A stretch of 64,000 bases of DNA from Phoronis australis. Its lineage: Eukaryota; Animalia; Phoronida. Shown piece by piece: positions 63,766 through 64,000 of the stretch. Every line of letters starts with the position of its first letter. Position 1 is the first letter of the stretch. Under the pieces are notes generated by a model, which saw only the letters and a list, made by a program, of their open reading frames with translations, was not told where the DNA came from and ran no database searches. Position numbers and translations under genes: made by a program. The stretch covers positions 682,917 to 746,916 of the forward strand of contig NMRA01000001.1 of NCBI GenBank assembly GCA_002633005.1. Direction: 5' to 3'.

Positions 63766-64000
63766 CTGACGGTGCTGTGGACAAAGCGGAATCTGAATTT
63801 GCGGCCCCGACGAGTAAGTAGATTTGCAGTTTCGTGGCTAATTCACCAACATAATCACGTGCACATTACTTTGGCTCACTAGTATAGTATTTTCCTGACT
63901 AGAAGTTTAATTTCCAACTTTGGCTGGTTTATGTTCGTGATGTCTGATCAGTTTCCGAGCCACTGGTCGGGATAACGAGTCAATCGGGCCGGCCGCGACG

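Overview
Eukaryotic, AT-rich animal genomic DNA; the repeat style suggests an invertebrate deuterostome, but this is not provable from the window. It is dominated by the 5' ~40% of a HERC1 (giant HECT E3 ligase) gene on the minus strand. I traced 34 coding exons by hand, from the ATG at 51449 down to 1587 (~1969 codons). All introns are GT-AG and all phases agree; the exons include the first RCC1-like domain, and the gene continues past position 1. A HERC1 intron holds an antisense rolling stone-like multipass membrane protein gene with an uninterrupted CDS, a large S/T/P/K-rich insert and altered family motifs. Two ~1-2 kb tandem duplications abut single N characters and are most likely haplotype assembly artefacts. 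The non-coding DNA contains a miniature LTR element (TRIM-like) with tRNA-like boxes inside its LTRs, an internally deleted THAP/Kolobok-like element, several MITE families with visible TIRs/TSDs, LINE and Penelope-like remnants, minisatellites and many CTCF-like motifs. All calls come from manual reading, with no database searches.
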